Part shown: positions 1-12,453 of the stretch, one piece after another | Layout: each line of letters opens with the position of its first letter | Position numbering within the stretch: the first letter of the stretch is position 1 | DNA from: Rhynchopus sp. YZ270_cl-10 | Lineage: Eukaryota | Assembly: GCA_964035575.1 (NCBI GenBank) | Contig: OZ037841.1 | Span: forward strand, 868,001-932,000 | Reading direction: 5' to 3' | Length of the DNA stretch: 64,000 bases | The notes under the pieces: generated by a model | What the model was told of the DNA's origin: nothing | Database searches by the model: none | What the model saw: only the letters and a program-made list of their open reading frames with translations | Position numbers and translations under genes: made by a program

Positions 1-472
1 TTGGTTCTTCGTGATGGTGACGCACTCTGTTTGGAGCTGTGGGGGTTGTATTACAAAGAGCTTAGGGGTGTCTGCGATTGTGGGGTGTGGTTTGAATACC
101 AACGCATATGCAGGGTCGTCTGCGGATAGCATCTTAGGGTTTCTTAAGATGTCGCCGTTTTCTGTTATGCGGTTTTTTTTGATTCCGTTCTGCGTCGCGT
201 CGTACAGCGCCATCGTGAACGTCAAGAAGGAGAACTTCACCTACCTCTTCCCCAACGACGGGCCCGACAACTTCACCTACTCAGGCATCGTCGCGGTCAT
301 GATTGTCGTCTTCATCTGCATCTCACAGCTCATCCACAGAACGCTCAGAGAAGACCCCCCCGCCGAGGAATCTCCCAGCACCACCAACGAAGTCAGCGCC
401 CCTACCTCCCCTGACCCTGCCCTCGGTGGCGAAAGGGATCTGAAATTGGAGACAATTGTCACAGTGCAGTAG
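1..472 (+). CDS. 3' end of a multi-pass membrane protein (begins upstream of the window)
   Basis: ORF with hydrophobic segments (VMRFFLIPFCVASYSAIV; SGIVAVMIVVFICISQLI) and a polar tail ending at TAG 472; same strand as all other host genes. Confidence 0.5.
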   Translation, partial: WFFVMVTHSVWSCGGCITKSLGVSAIVGCGLNTNAYAGSSADSILGFLKMSPFSVMRFFLIPFCVASYSAIVNVKKENFTYLFPNDGPDNFTYSGIVAVMIVVFICISQLIHRTLREDPPAEESPSTTNEVSAPTSPDPALGGERDLKLETIVTVQ

Positions 473-3400
473 GGGGTGATGGGTAGGGGGGTGTAATCCG
501 GTGAAGTAAATGATAGTCATTTTGGGTGGGTCGTGTGGGAGAGGGGGTTTTTCGGGAATCTGTGTGTTGAAAAAAGCAGCTGTGTGTTAAAGCAGAGTAT
601 AGTCTAAGGGTGGTGTGTGTGTTTGATATCCATAAGGGGAGGGAGGGCTTAGGCAGCAGACAGCGACGAGGGGTCGCTCTTGTGCGCAAGGGGGAGAAAG
701 GGCATGTGTGGGTGTATGTGCATGTGAACCACGGTCGACGGTTGAAATATATGTTCCAACTGTGAGAGAGTTTCTTGCGTCGTTCCGTGTGTGCACAAGA
801 GGTTGGCATTCATCTCACAAGCGTTCCTCTTTTCTTTTCTTTGTGTTTTCATTCGGGGGCTGGTATCGTTGTTACAGTAAGTGGTGTGTCTGCATTGAAC
901 AACTTCACTTTCTTTTGTACAACTGCGGAAAACCCTTGCTGCAGTTTTTTTGTTTTTGTTTTGTTTGTTTTTCTCCCTTTCCCACCCCCTTTTTTCCACT
1001 AAGGCGACTAAAAGCAACAAGAGGCTAAGACATCTTGCAAAACTTTATTTTTTTCTCTTCTTCGTGTGTAACGTCTCTCACAACAAAATGTAATGTTGTC
1101 TCGTACAACGCTGGGAATGTGACTGAAAACCACCAGAGTCCTACCAGTGAAGAATTCTTCACTGGAAAAAAGCACCAACCCGCGCGGGTTCTCTTTTTTT
1201 GCAGAAAAAAAAGACAAAAAACCTGCCGCAGAAACTCTGTGTACAACCACGCGAAGTGCTCGGAAAATAATAGCACTTTATGATTTATGTGTGTTTCGAT
1301 AACTAATAGGGGGTAATTCTTGCGCAGAATATGGCCCCAATTTGTGTGTGTGTGTGCTGTGTATTATGTAGCAACCCGAGGCCGGAACAAGAAGGAGATA
1401 CCCAACCGCCCTACAACTTTTATCTTTTTTTTTGGTGTGTTGTAGCCTCTCTTCCCCCCTGTGGCGCTATCGCATATCTCATACATACACTTTCCCTTTC
1501 CCCGCTTTCCCTTGATAGGGTCAAAGCGACAATTTCCCATTTTTTAAAAGAACTTTTTTTTTTTAACGCTCTGGAGACAGCGCTACGTTATTCAAGTTAC
1601 CCACACAACCTGTACACGACCGTGAAGTAAATGAGTTACCTTGTGGGTTTTCACTGTTGGTTTTACAACGGTGAAACTACAAAGCCACAAGTCAATTCAT
1701 TTATTTCATCGTCGTCTGCGCACCTAATATGAAGTAAATGCTCCTAAGAAAGCAAAGGGGAAAAAAACAAGAGTGATGTCCACAAAATACAATCCGGGGG
1801 TCACATTTAGAATAATCAAATACCAGCTTTCACAGTCTTCAAAGGGCCACGCTTTACCTGACAGCCACTGGTATGCACATAAGGCATATTCATCTTTCAA
1901 CTTTTCTTTCCCCCTTTCCCCCATCTGAATTGAAGAGTGTTTCCCCGTTTCCCCAAGGTTGACTGAGCATCTCAATGAAGTGACTTAGGTTCTTCCAAAC
2001 TTCCTTTGGTGACCAAGCCTGTGTGACATAGACTCATATGTATCAACCTTTATTTTGTTTCCCTCTCCCTTTTTTATGTACCTCTGAGTGTGGCATCTTT
2101 ACAAAAAGGTGGGGGGTCAGAAGAGAGCTTTGTTAACCTTTTACGCCCCCAAGTCATATTTTCAAGCTACTTTTGAGTTTTGGTTTTTGGGGCTCAACCG
2201 GTAATCAGATGACAACAAAAAAATATTTTTTTTACGAAAATGAGTTGAATCGTTGTTTAGCACAACATCATTTCGAAAGCCACTAAAGTGGTGTTTAGGG
2301 CTACGTCCCTTATAACAGTACTTTGCGTCCGATGAACGGTGAGGCGTTTTGCACCATTCAACCTCCCTTTCTTAATCTCCGCTCTGCCACACTCTTTTTT
2401 TTTGTACGAGGTTTATTGTGTTGTACACCGTTCTGTTCACGGTGAAGACGTGTCTGAGTTTTGTTTCCCCACACCCCTTTTTATGTTAAAGTACCTGACG
2501 TCAGTAAATTGCAAAATCCGACTGCCATGCCTCACCATCCCTCGGTAAGGTCTTCTTTATACTTCTCTTTATTTCGGTAGGGTGATCGACACCCTAAAAC
2601 CCCCTCACTTCGGGTGAATGTTATATTGTACGGGGTACCTCTTGTCTATTCTGGTATGAGGTACCCTATGTTGATATTTTTCAAAAAAAAAAATGTGGAA
2701 ATGCATCCTTGGGTGTCTACACCGCATTTTTTTTTCTTCTTTTTCTTTTTGAAGTCAGACCAGAGTCTCTGTAAATATCTCTGCCACACTCTTTTTTTAG
2801 GGGTGAAGTGTGCTGTCTGGAAGTGGTTCCTTGCCTTCCTGAAAAGGTATCAATTTGAGCAGTCTTTTTTTTTGTGCTTGTGTTTGTGTGGTCGGCCCCC
2901 CCGCCTTCATCTGGGGTTCTCGTTGTGTGAAATAGAAAAGTGAGTATTGCCTAGAGTAGGTGAGTGTAGCATAATCCTTTCTGGTGCCTCCTGCACTCAA
3001 ATTCAAAAAAAAAAAAAAAGTAGTGAAAATGCTGACCGACATTGAGTACAGATCTTTATACCAGGTAGGGTGTAAAGCGATTTTGTCGATACAACAAAAA
3101 AAAAAAGCAAAATAAACGCTAAAAATAAAGAAAAATGAAAACGAAACCCCCTTCAAAGCAGTCTGCATATATTTCAAATCAGTGTGGTCCCCCCTTGTTT
3201 TTTTGTTGAGCATGTGTACCTGTTTTTTATTATTATAACCATTGGTTCCTTGGAAACCCCGTTTGAACGGTGAGTTGTTCAGTGAACAAATAAAATTTCC
3301 ACTAACGTTGTCAAAGAAAAAGAAAAAAGGTGAACTCAGGGGTCAATTGACGTACCCACCCGTACACACAACTGCTTCCATGTACGTACAACTAGACACA

Positions 3401-4294
3401 AGGACACCACAATTACCCATATTTTTACCTAAATTTCTCGGGGGAAAATTGGTGTATTTTTTTCAAAATGGATATAAGACTGCATGGTTGGGGTCCACCC
3501 CCGCATTGCACCGGTCATTGCACCAAAGGTACACTGTCAACGAGAGGGCTTTGTATTTCAAGCCAACTTTTTTTTTTTAAATTGATTGTGGTCAAAGACG
3601 TAACATCGTGAGGGTTCAGTTCATCTTACAAAATGTGTCCCCCCTGAGCCCTTTGGGCGTTTTTAAACCCTTTCTACCTGGTGTTCATGAGCCCAGAGAG
3701 AGGCTGTCAGCCCAGAGTCGATATGCTCTGCCACATCGTGGGGTGAGGTGTGCAGGCTGTGTCCCCATCCGCGTGTTTCCCCCCCTCTCCCTTTCTTCTT
3801 ATGATCACTTAACAAGGACGGTCTCAGAACAGTAACCTACAACCTTCCTAAAGGGTAAGTAATACCAGGGTGTGTCCAAGCACTCAGGTAAGACTACCCC
3901 CTGGGGAAGAAATTTCATAAAAGCTGCTCTCAAAGGTTCAGGACGAATGATGTCTTTTCCTTCCGTAATACAAAAGGCTTCGGCCAATGTTGAGTACAAA
4001 CCCTATTAGCCCCAAGCGAGTTATTAGGCGATTGTCGGCATAATAAAAAAATGCGTGGGGTTCACACGAGAAAAAAGCGAGGTGTCCACACGTTATCAAT
4101 TTTTCAATTTTTCGAAAAAAAAAGAACACAAAGTGATGTCTTTAAAACGTAATTTCATTGTGGGTTGAGGATCTGAATATCTAATAACCCTTTTTGAAAT
4201 TTATTTTGCCTTTTTCGCGCAACTTTGTTGCACAGAACCCGTCCTCGGACAGGGTGATCGTCGATACTACAAAAAGAGGGGCGAATACTGTGTA

Positions 4295-4388
4295 CAGTGA
4301 GTCACGCCTTTTACGAGATGGCTTAAATTAAGGGTGGATATTAGGTCCACTTTTCATTAGACACACCCCGTAAAGGAGCGACTCACTG
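4295..4388. mobile_element. Tc1/mariner-type MITE
   Basis: Imperfect TIRs cagtgagtcacgccttttacg ... cgtaaaggagcgactcactg, with TA on both sides (4293-4294, 4389-4390). Confidence 0.7.
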
Positions 4389-5669
4389 TATGTGGTACAG
4401 CGGTGTTGTGTCAAATGTCTTTTTTGTGTCTTTTTTACAACACTGAGGTACAGTGAACATGCACACATGAGGTATTTTTTTTCTGTGGTGCTTAATGGTT
4501 ACCACCCAAAGGAGATGTGGGTTGCATGTTTGTGTGTTGTGTAGTATATGGTACCTCCCCCCCCCATTTTCCCTTCCCCCTTCCTCCCCTTCCCATCCCC
4601 TCCCATTGCTGCTCCGTATGTTGTCTCACAGACTTTTGTTTGTTTTCTTTTGAGACAGCTCCATCTTCAAACCCCACCGTGTTCCAGCACGATAATGATA
4701 GGTAAAAGAATGTGTGCGTATGTTTGGTTTCCGTTCTGGGTGATTACCCTGCCCAGGATATTCACCCATAAATATATGTGCGTGAGTGTTTGCGCGAGAG
4801 AGACACAATTGATCATGAAAAATTTTTCTCTTCTTTGTTTCAGATTGCCTAAAAAGCACAGAGGCTTTAGGTTTTATCTAAATATTTATCGCTTTGTTTT
4901 TTTTTTAAATGGATACGATCTGAATGTAGGTTAGCACCTACTATACAAGATTCAACAACAAAAAAAGCTTCAGACAACATTGGGTACAGACCCCTTTGTT
5001 ACCCCCCTCACCAAAGGTGGTCTCTTAGGCGATTGTGACAATTCCCCCCCTTTTCTCTCAAGCAAATACCTTTCCCATCCAGATCCAAAAAATAAAAGTG
5101 ACAAAAAAAAGTAAATGGAGACAGACCAGAGTTCCTAATGGCACATCTCTGGCACACTCAGTTGGGGAGTGGTCTCCTGACCTTTGTTTTTGTCATGTGT
5201 TGAGTCAGAAGGCTGCCTTTCAACGTAGTTGATGATCTTTGACGCATCGTTTTTGTTCATATACCGGTATTTTACTTCAAACGGATGTCCATTTCTAAAA
5301 AAAAGAAAAATAAAATTTTTTCTATTCTCAAAAACCGAGATTGATTCTCTCGAGGTAGTGCAAATACCTAATACCTAACGCCAACCCCAACCACTCTCCA
5401 GACATTGTTCAACGGGCTTTCAACGGGCTACGAAAACGTCAAGCCACCCAGGGTAGTCAAATGACTGACCTCGGGGACTTGGCAGGAGGGTCAGTGACCT
5501 GTCCACCTCCCCCACCACCCTTTTCATTAAACTTTTATCTTTTATACTTTTTCCAACTGGGGTTCGATAACCCCACGGTCCCAGAGTTTCCACTGTCAAC
5601 ACTTCACTTTCTTTCCCCCCTACCCCCTACCCCCCACCCTCCTCTCATTCAATAACACGGCAGGCTAGC

Positions 5670-5801
5670 CAGGGTGGACTACTGGTAGTGATACTGGTGG
5701 TGGTGCGACGAGTGGACACTAGTAGCACTAATGGGACTTGTCGTATTACTAGTAGTGTTTAGCACTAGTCGTTACGACTAGTAGTTCCACAAGTCCCCCT
5801 G
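5670..5801. mobile_element. Degenerate CA..TG MITE with actagt subterminal repeats
   Basis: cagggtggact... and ...agtccccctg ends with repeated actagt(ag) inside; flanks gctagc/actaac match only partly. Confidence 0.35.
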
Positions 5802-6639
5802 ACTAACCCACCGTGAACCCGTGGAGATCCGGTGCCTGCGTCCACAGAGGGGTTTGCACTTACAACTACCATTTTTTTTTACTTCAAATGTGACAGGACA
5901 CGTTCCTGTCTAAAACTCAACCAAAAAAAAAAAGAAAAATTTCTTCTCGAGGTGACTGCGCTCAGCAGAGGGCTTGCACGACAATGAAAATAACTGTGGT
6001 TTATTTCACTCGTGTAGAACATACCATCTGGCCACCTCTCCCCTTATTGGTGATACACCCCTTGTTTTTTAAAGATGGGGTATGTAGCGAGGCTTGTTCG
6101 TCTCAAAAACAATTTCCTGTTTTCCCCCAAGGTGACTAGGTACAGAGAGGCGGTACTACATTACCAACACGTTTTTTCTTCTTCAGATGTGTGTGCACAC
6201 AACGCTCATTCATCTCTCAATTTTCTTCTTTTTTTTTTTTAACTTCAGATCTCGGCTAACTCAACACATAAACACAGCAATGGGCTGTGTTGACAGGCCC
6301 CTCCCGCGCGTACGCGAAAGAAAAGTACATTCCCAAAAAAAATCCAAAAAAAAGGACAAACCACTTTGACACCCCTACCCTCCTCTACTCCCCCACCCTC
6401 CCGCATTCTTCCAGTAATATTAGACGCAACTGGAATTGAGATTCGACCCTTCCTCAGAAAGAGGCTTAGGACCATCTTCTAAATCTCTTTAGGTTCCTTA
6501 GATTTCTTAGGTTCCCGAGCGGGCTGTTGTATTTCACTTCAACCTCTTCAGTGCCTGCGTCCGATGAACGGTGAGGCGTTTACACATTTCATCTGCCAAG
6601 GGGTCTTTAGGTCACAAAGCACCACGGACCATCTAATAC

Positions 6640-7150
6640 ACGGTGCTTTGTGTGGGGGGGGCATAGCGATGGATGTGCGCGCAGTGTGCGGTCGTTTCTG
6701 TGGTCTCAATGGGGAGAAGGGTTTTCTGGCCACCTGAGAAGGTAAGGTGGTGGTGTGGCTGGCAGTGGTGGGTTGGGTGTGTTGCTGTGTTGTGCATAGG
6801 GCAGTATGGTGCGGTGTGGAGCGTGTGGGGCTTCCCCTTGAGTTGAGGGTTTCTGTGTGGGTCCAGTCGCGCTCTCGGGTGCAACTGTGCTATCACTGCC
6901 TCCTCGGGTTGGCTGCCAGGGTATATAGAGGCTGCTGGGAGGGGGGGACAGCGAGGAAGCTTAGCTTGGTGCTTGTGTGCCGCCTGAGAAGGGAGGTGGT
7001 GTGGCTGACTGTGGTGGGTTGGGGGGGTGGTGTTGTAGTTCGTGCAGGGTGCTAAGCGATGCGATGTGGTGTGGTGCACAGGAGCAGGCGACAAGGCGAA
7101 GGGTACGGCAATGATGCAGCTGAGTGCTAGGGGGACACGAAAACAGCGTT
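6640..7150 (+). pseudogene. Decayed relic of the UBL-LRR gene unit (upstream region plus a UBL fragment)
   Basis: ggtcgtttctgtggtctcaatgggg..ttctggccacctg (~6690) and gtcgcgctctcgggtgcaactg (~6866) match 17745-17940; gcagctgagtgct (~7117) matches the UBL coding sequence near 18225; no intact ORF. Confidence 0.55.
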
Positions 7151-7404
7151 CAGGTAAGCTTCGTGGGAGTCTACGGGCGAAGGGGGGATGAGAGAATGGG
7201 GGTGACTGTTCTTGTGCCAGCGGGATGAGAGTAAGAGAATGACAGGAACGAAGGCGAGGTTTAGGTGAGGTGAGGTGAGGTGAGGTGAGGGGGCGATCTG
7301 AGTGGACACAGATTGCTTAGACGACACGCGTGGTTAAGGAGAGAGAGGGAGAGGAACGAAGGTGATGCTTATGTGAGGTGAGGTGAGCGCATTTTTTTTT
7401 CCCC

Positions 7405-7520
7405 CAGATGTAAACCACGAAAATGGGTGTAGGACTGCATGGTTGGGTGTCCACCCTGGTACAGCCGGTCATGTACCAAGGTGCAGGTACACTGTCACGA
7501 GAGGGCTTTGTATTTCAACT
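7405..7520 (+). repeat. Dispersed ~115-nt repeat family A (SINE/retroposon-tail-like)
   Basis: Consensus tatcagatgtaaaccacgaaatggatgtaggactgcatggttggggtccacc..ggtacactgtcaacgagagggctttgtatttcaag. Copies at ~3466, 7405, 8196, 8328, 16108, 16410, 45433, 47968 and 63765; tail-only copies at ~6516, 11705 and 42523. All are + oriented. Confidence 0.85.
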
Positions 7521-8691
7521 CTACTTTTAAGTACACTGTGGGCGATCGCTTTTGGCATCGGGGATTTACACATTCAACTCGAAGTACTGCTCCAAGTCCT
7601 TCAGTGAATTGCACACACCAAACCCTGGAGGGGAGGGGAGGGGGGGAATGGGGTGACAACACAACGCTAAATTTGGTGTGGATCGCAAAGCCGAGCTTCT
7701 TTGTCGAAAAACATGCGAAATGTCTTGACCAAGAAGGAGAGTGCGGGAGGAGGCGAGCGTGGGTAGGAGTGAGACAGAGCCCACTCAACGCTCTAGGGGG
7801 TATGGGTATGAGCATGGGTATGGGTGTGGTTTTTGAGAACAGGCGTGGATTATCCCTAGCAGTCGGAACATAGCCCATAGGTGGGGGTGGGAGGGGTGGG
7901 GACATGGCGGGGACATCTGTAGAGCTCAGTCGGAGGTCGAGACCACCATGAAGAAATGTTTGTGCGCCGTGAGTGGCGTGTGAGGGAACGGCAATGGCGG
8001 TTGAGGGGGAGAGAGAGGGGGGCATTTTGCAAGGCTTAGGAGTTGAGAAATACACCGAAGGGGGCAGATGGACGATCTCCCGAACACACAGCGAAGTTGC
8101 TCCTCTAGAAGTATTGCTTTTGAGGGAAGAGAGGAGTTCTTTTTTGAGGGGGAAGGGGAGGAGGGAATGACACACCCTCAACAAGAAGGCTTCTTATCAG
8201 ATGTAAACCGCGAAATGGATGTAGTACTGCACGCTTGGGGTCCACCTCACGGTACACCGATCATTTACCAAGGTACACTGTCAACGAGAGGGCTATTGTA
8301 TTTCAAGTCAGCTTGATTTCAAGATTTTCAGACGTAAACCACGAAATGGAGTGCAAGACCACATGGTTTGGGTGAGAGGGGGGCCCACCTTGATGCATTG
8401 GGTAAGACACCAAATGGCACATTGTTCATCTTTGCATGTCAACCTATATTACGTTATCCACCACATTTCCCCATTCATAGATCTTCAACTCAGGATAAAA
8501 TCTGGATTAACCTTGGGGGTTTTTCATTTTGTTTCTGTCTTTACTTCAAATGCCCTGAGGACAAAAAAGAGGTGCAGCGGGAAAAAAAACAATCCATACC
8601 TTTCCGTAAAAGGCTTCGACTAACATTGAGCAGATCTTATCAGATAGATTTTTTTGTTTCGTCGATAACAAAAAAGGATCTATACCGCACG

Positions 8692-10326
8692 ATGCTTCCT
8701 CTTCTCCTGGCTGTTTGCATTGCTGGGTTTGAGGGTGGGTTTTTGTTGTGCAGCTTTGAGGAGGGTAATACTACCACATGCCCTGAAGGAATGACGGTGT
8801 TGAATGTGTTAGAACAGAACGGCACTTTGGCCTGTCTCGGGAACAGCAGCAATGGAACGGATATAGCCAACAATGATATGGCATTGGAAGAGATAGAGCA
8901 CACCACCACTACCACCACCGTTGGCACGGTTCTGCTGGTTCTGTCGTTCCTAGGTGGTGCTGTGTCTACACTCACCACCATTGCGCTTCTCCGTATTGTG
9001 CTATGTACCGATATGGGGCATAGCATCATCGGGCGTCTAGGGGTCTCTCAGGTTCTTCCGTACTTCGCTGCAACCTGTTTGGTTTTGTTGTTGTGCAGGC
9101 ATCATGCGGTGAGGAGAGCGGTGTCGGTTCCGTTCCGTCCGGTGTTGTTTTGTATGTACAATTTGTGGTTGATTGCGGCGGTATGGTTGTTACAGTTAAG
9201 TATGCTGGCGGGAGTGGAGAGAATGGAGGGTGGCGACTTTCGTGGGGGGACAGCGGATTTGGCTGTAGTGGTGGGGGTGGTGTTGTTGGGTTTGGCAGAG
9301 CTGGGGGTGAGGGTACAGCGTTCTGCTGCGACAGCAAGCAATAGCGACTATGTGTTTCGACGCGCGGAGCGTGCGCTATGCGGGGAGCTGGAGTGGGTAT
9401 CCACCTCTCATGAGGTCGGGGAGTGGCTAGCAGGGTGGCGCCCGGTGTTGGCACACTACACCTCACGGTCCGCAGTGCGTGGCATCTTGAGTGATGTTGC
9501 TGCGATGGCGGTTGCAGCCTGTTCGTACACTGCCCCTCTCCCTTGCGGTGCAATCCTCGTTGTCCACGCCCTTCACAACGTCACCTCCGGATACTACTGT
9601 GTCCCCCGCGACGCTTATTTCAACGCAATAATCTCATTAGGCTGTGGTGTAGCGCTGCTATCAGGGGAGTTGAGGGTGGTGCTGTTGTGGGTGGGTGTGG
9701 TCCTGGGGATATGCAAAATCCTGGCAGATTTGGTGTCCATCTCTATCCGTCTTAATAGAGGAAGGCGGACAACAATACAGTATTTGATGTGGAACAATCT
9801 TGCCAGCGTTGACGACGGAGTCTGCGGGGTAAGAAGAAGTCGGGGTGGCGATGTGTGCATCTCCCCTACGGCTTCTCGTGGACGGCGTGAGAGTGACTGT
9901 GTCACCTTGGTTGGCGTCGAAAGCGGAACCACCCCTTCTGCGCCGTCACTGTACTCTGCTACCATCATCAGCAGCAGCACCATGAGCAAGGAGACCAGCG
10001 ACAATTCTTTGAACACCAGGTCCTCCCCCACAGCGTGGGGGTCAAACGCAATGCTGCCGCCAAAGCCACGCAGCAAGCGGTCTGGGCGGGCGATGCTGCT
10101 GTACACAGACGTCTTCAGCGTGATCGTGCTGGCCACAGTCATCGCTGCCGAGAGAGCTGCACGCAGTGGTAGTGCCCTGCGCTCCCCAAAGGCCCCCTTC
10201 ATGGTACTGCATCAGACCAGCTCGCCATCATGCTATGCGCTAGGACCACTTCAAGCGCTGGACAGCGCATCTCTTGCGTTGGGTGGCCACCCAACACTAC
10301 GTACTGACAGCGACGCTCTGGTGTAA
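8692..10326 (+). CDS. Secreted-leader, multi-pass membrane protein (hypothetical, possibly decaying)
   Basis: Inside ORF 8368-10326. ATG 8692 gives signal-like MLPLLLAVCIAG, then an N-glycosylation-rich segment (NTT, NGT, NSS) and many hydrophobic helices. The upstream ORF extension overlaps repeat family A. Confidence 0.55.
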   Translation: MLPLLLAVCIAGFEGGFLLCSFEEGNTTTCPEGMTVLNVLEQNGTLACLGNSSNGTDIANNDMALEEIEHTTTTTTVGTVLLVLSFLGGAVSTLTTIALLRIVLCTDMGHSIIGRLGVSQVLPYFAATCLVLLLCRHHAVRRAVSVPFRPVLFCMYNLWLIAAVWLLQLSMLAGVERMEGGDFRGGTADLAVVVGVVLLGLAELGVRVQRSAATASNSDYVFRRAERALCGELEWVSTSHEVGEWLAGWRPVLAHYTSRSAVRGILSDVAAMAVAACSYTAPLPCGAILVVHALHNVTSGYYCVPRDAYFNAIISLGCGVALLSGELRVVLLWVGVVLGICKILADLVSISIRLNRGRRTTIQYLMWNNLASVDDGVCGVRRSRGGDVCISPTASRGRRESDCVTLVGVESGTTPSAPSLYSATIISSSTMSKETSDNSLNTRSSPTAWGSNAMLPPKPRSKRSGRAMLLYTDVFSVIVLATVIAAERAARSGSALRSPKAPFMVLHQTSSPSCYALGPLQALDSASLALGGHPTLRTDSDALV

Positions 10327-10749
10327 AGAAGAAAGGTGCTGTGAAAGAGACTTAGTAGAATCTATACTCCACCAAAACAAAGCCACAGCAGTCGGGGAGC
10401 TGGGGGGGGAGAGGGGGAGGGTCAAGATCACATCAACTGGCTGTTAATGACAGCCCTGGAGGGGTGCTGCTGTACAGACGATCTTCACGTGTGTATCGTG
10501 GTCAGCGGTCAGCTGTGCTCTACCTCTCACCAACTATAAGAGAAGCAACGCAGAGGAGCGTAGGAAGGTGGCCTCTATTGTGGCGACGTTGAGCAAAGAC
10601 AAATGGGTTTCTAGATGAGACTGTGGTGGAGTATTTTGGTGGTGCGACGCGGGGCGGGGGTGGGGTGGGGTGGGGAGGAGGGCAGGTTTGCTGCGGTGGG
10701 GCAGACCTGCGCGTGGTGGTGTTGTGGTATTACACTACACTCCCCAAAT

Positions 10750-10950
10750 CCAAAGCCACGCAGCAAGCGGTCTGGGTGGGCGATGTTGCTGTACACAGAC
10801 GTCTTCAGCGTGATCGTGCTGGATCACTGCCGAGAGAGCTGCACGCAGTGGTAGTGCCCTGCGCTCCCCAAAGGCCCCCTTCATGGTGCTGCATCAGACC
10901 AGCTCGCCACGCTACGTTAGACAGCGTGCCCTTCTCGTTGGGTTTCCACT
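10750..10950 (+). repeat. Frameshifted local duplication of the 3' part of the preceding CDS
   Basis: caaagccacgcagcaagcggtctggg..cagaccagctcgcca is repeated from ~10060-10290 with indels. Confidence 0.8.
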
Positions 10951-11416
10951 CATCGTTGTGGGCAGTGAGGCGTTTGTGTAGATCTTCTGTTTGGTGACTA
11001 ACTAGAGAGGCTTAGGTTCGTCTTCTACACTTTTTTCTTTTTGTTTTTTTTTAAACAGGGCTGCGCGGGGAGGATAGTAAATAGTGGAGCTCATCCCTCG
11101 GGTGTCAACACTAATCCTCGAATACAACCAAGTTTTTGGAAAAAACGTTGTCAGGCTATCGGGGGGAAAGGGTATTTTTTGAACTGCGTTTTTTATAAGA
11201 AGACAGTTCGCCGCGCTGGGTTTCCATCCAACGCTGAGTGACTGATAGGCAATGCAGTTGAGGAATCATCTGTTTTCTTCTGTTTCAGAGGACATGGCAT
11301 ATCATCGTGTGCTCTGTGGTGAGGAAGCGTTCATCTCAACCTCTCAACCCCTCAGCTATTCCCGTTGTCGCGATGTTTATTGCTCAAAGGCAGCGAAGGG
11401 AAAATAGTAACTTCTG

Positions 11417-11608
11417 ACACCTACCTGCCGGTTACATATTACTAGTGGTCACCAATTAAGAGCATTTGCAAAACCCGCTTTTAATTAGTGACCACGGCAA
11501 TAAAGGTACAGCGGTAATTTACGCTGGTCATTTATTTTGAGCACTTTTGGAGATGGAAATTCGCTCTTAATTAGTGACCAATGTAATAGGTGACCGGTTG
11601 GTAGGTGT
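11417..11608. mobile_element. MITE with ~45-bp imperfect TIRs
   Basis: acacctacctgccggttacatattactagtggtcaccaattaagagc ... gctcttaattagtgaccaatgtaataggtgaccggttggtaggtgt; TSD unclear. Confidence 0.65.
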
Positions 11609-12453
11609 TATGGAGACAGCTTCACAGGCATATGTGGGTCTGTCACCTGCCCTTGTCCAGACAACACTCGTCCAAGGTTTTTTTTTTCCCTTCTTTTGCT
11701 TCTTAGAGGGCTTTGTATTTCAATTTTTGTTTGCAATTTTTGTCCCTGTTTTTAGGAAACCACTCCGCTTGCAAGGGATAACGCAAAAGGGAAGGGGGGA
11801 AAAGGAGAGAAGCTAACAGCTAACGCTTAGAATGGCATTGCAAGCAGAGTTCTCTTAGCTTTGTTTTCTCCTGACCTAGCAGTTCTCTTTGTTGTTTAGA
11901 TGTGTGTGCATGAGGGGCACATTCATCTTTCAAGTTTTCGTATTTTATATGCACAGTGTCAGCATCCACTCGAGGTGTCTGCACGTTGTTTTTTTTTGCA
12001 TATTTTTTGCTGTCGGTAAATTTTTCTGTTTTTTTCCTCTTCAAAATAAAAATCGTGTAGACCCCTGGTTCCCCAAAGATGGGTGTACTTTAGGCGATTG
12101 TCGACAACACCAACAAGAGAATGCATCCCCCCTCGCTTTACTTGGTGGCATCTCCCGCGGGAGGAAAGTCTCGTCTCACCGGGAGAACATCTCCCTCCCT
12201 CCGCACGTCGCGTTTCCCATCTGCTTGCGGCCTCGAAGCTGTCACTCTGGTTGCGGTGAGTGAAGCCGGTCCCGCCGGATGGCCACCCCCCACCACTACC
12301 CACATCAAGCACCTTCCCCCCTCCCCATTTTGCTTCATATATAGTGCCATCCTTTTTGCCCTCTTCTTCCTTTTCTTTCTTCTTCCTCTATTTAGGGCTT
12401 CATCAACGTTATTTTCTCTTTCTTTTTCTACCCTTTGAGGGGAGACATCCAAT

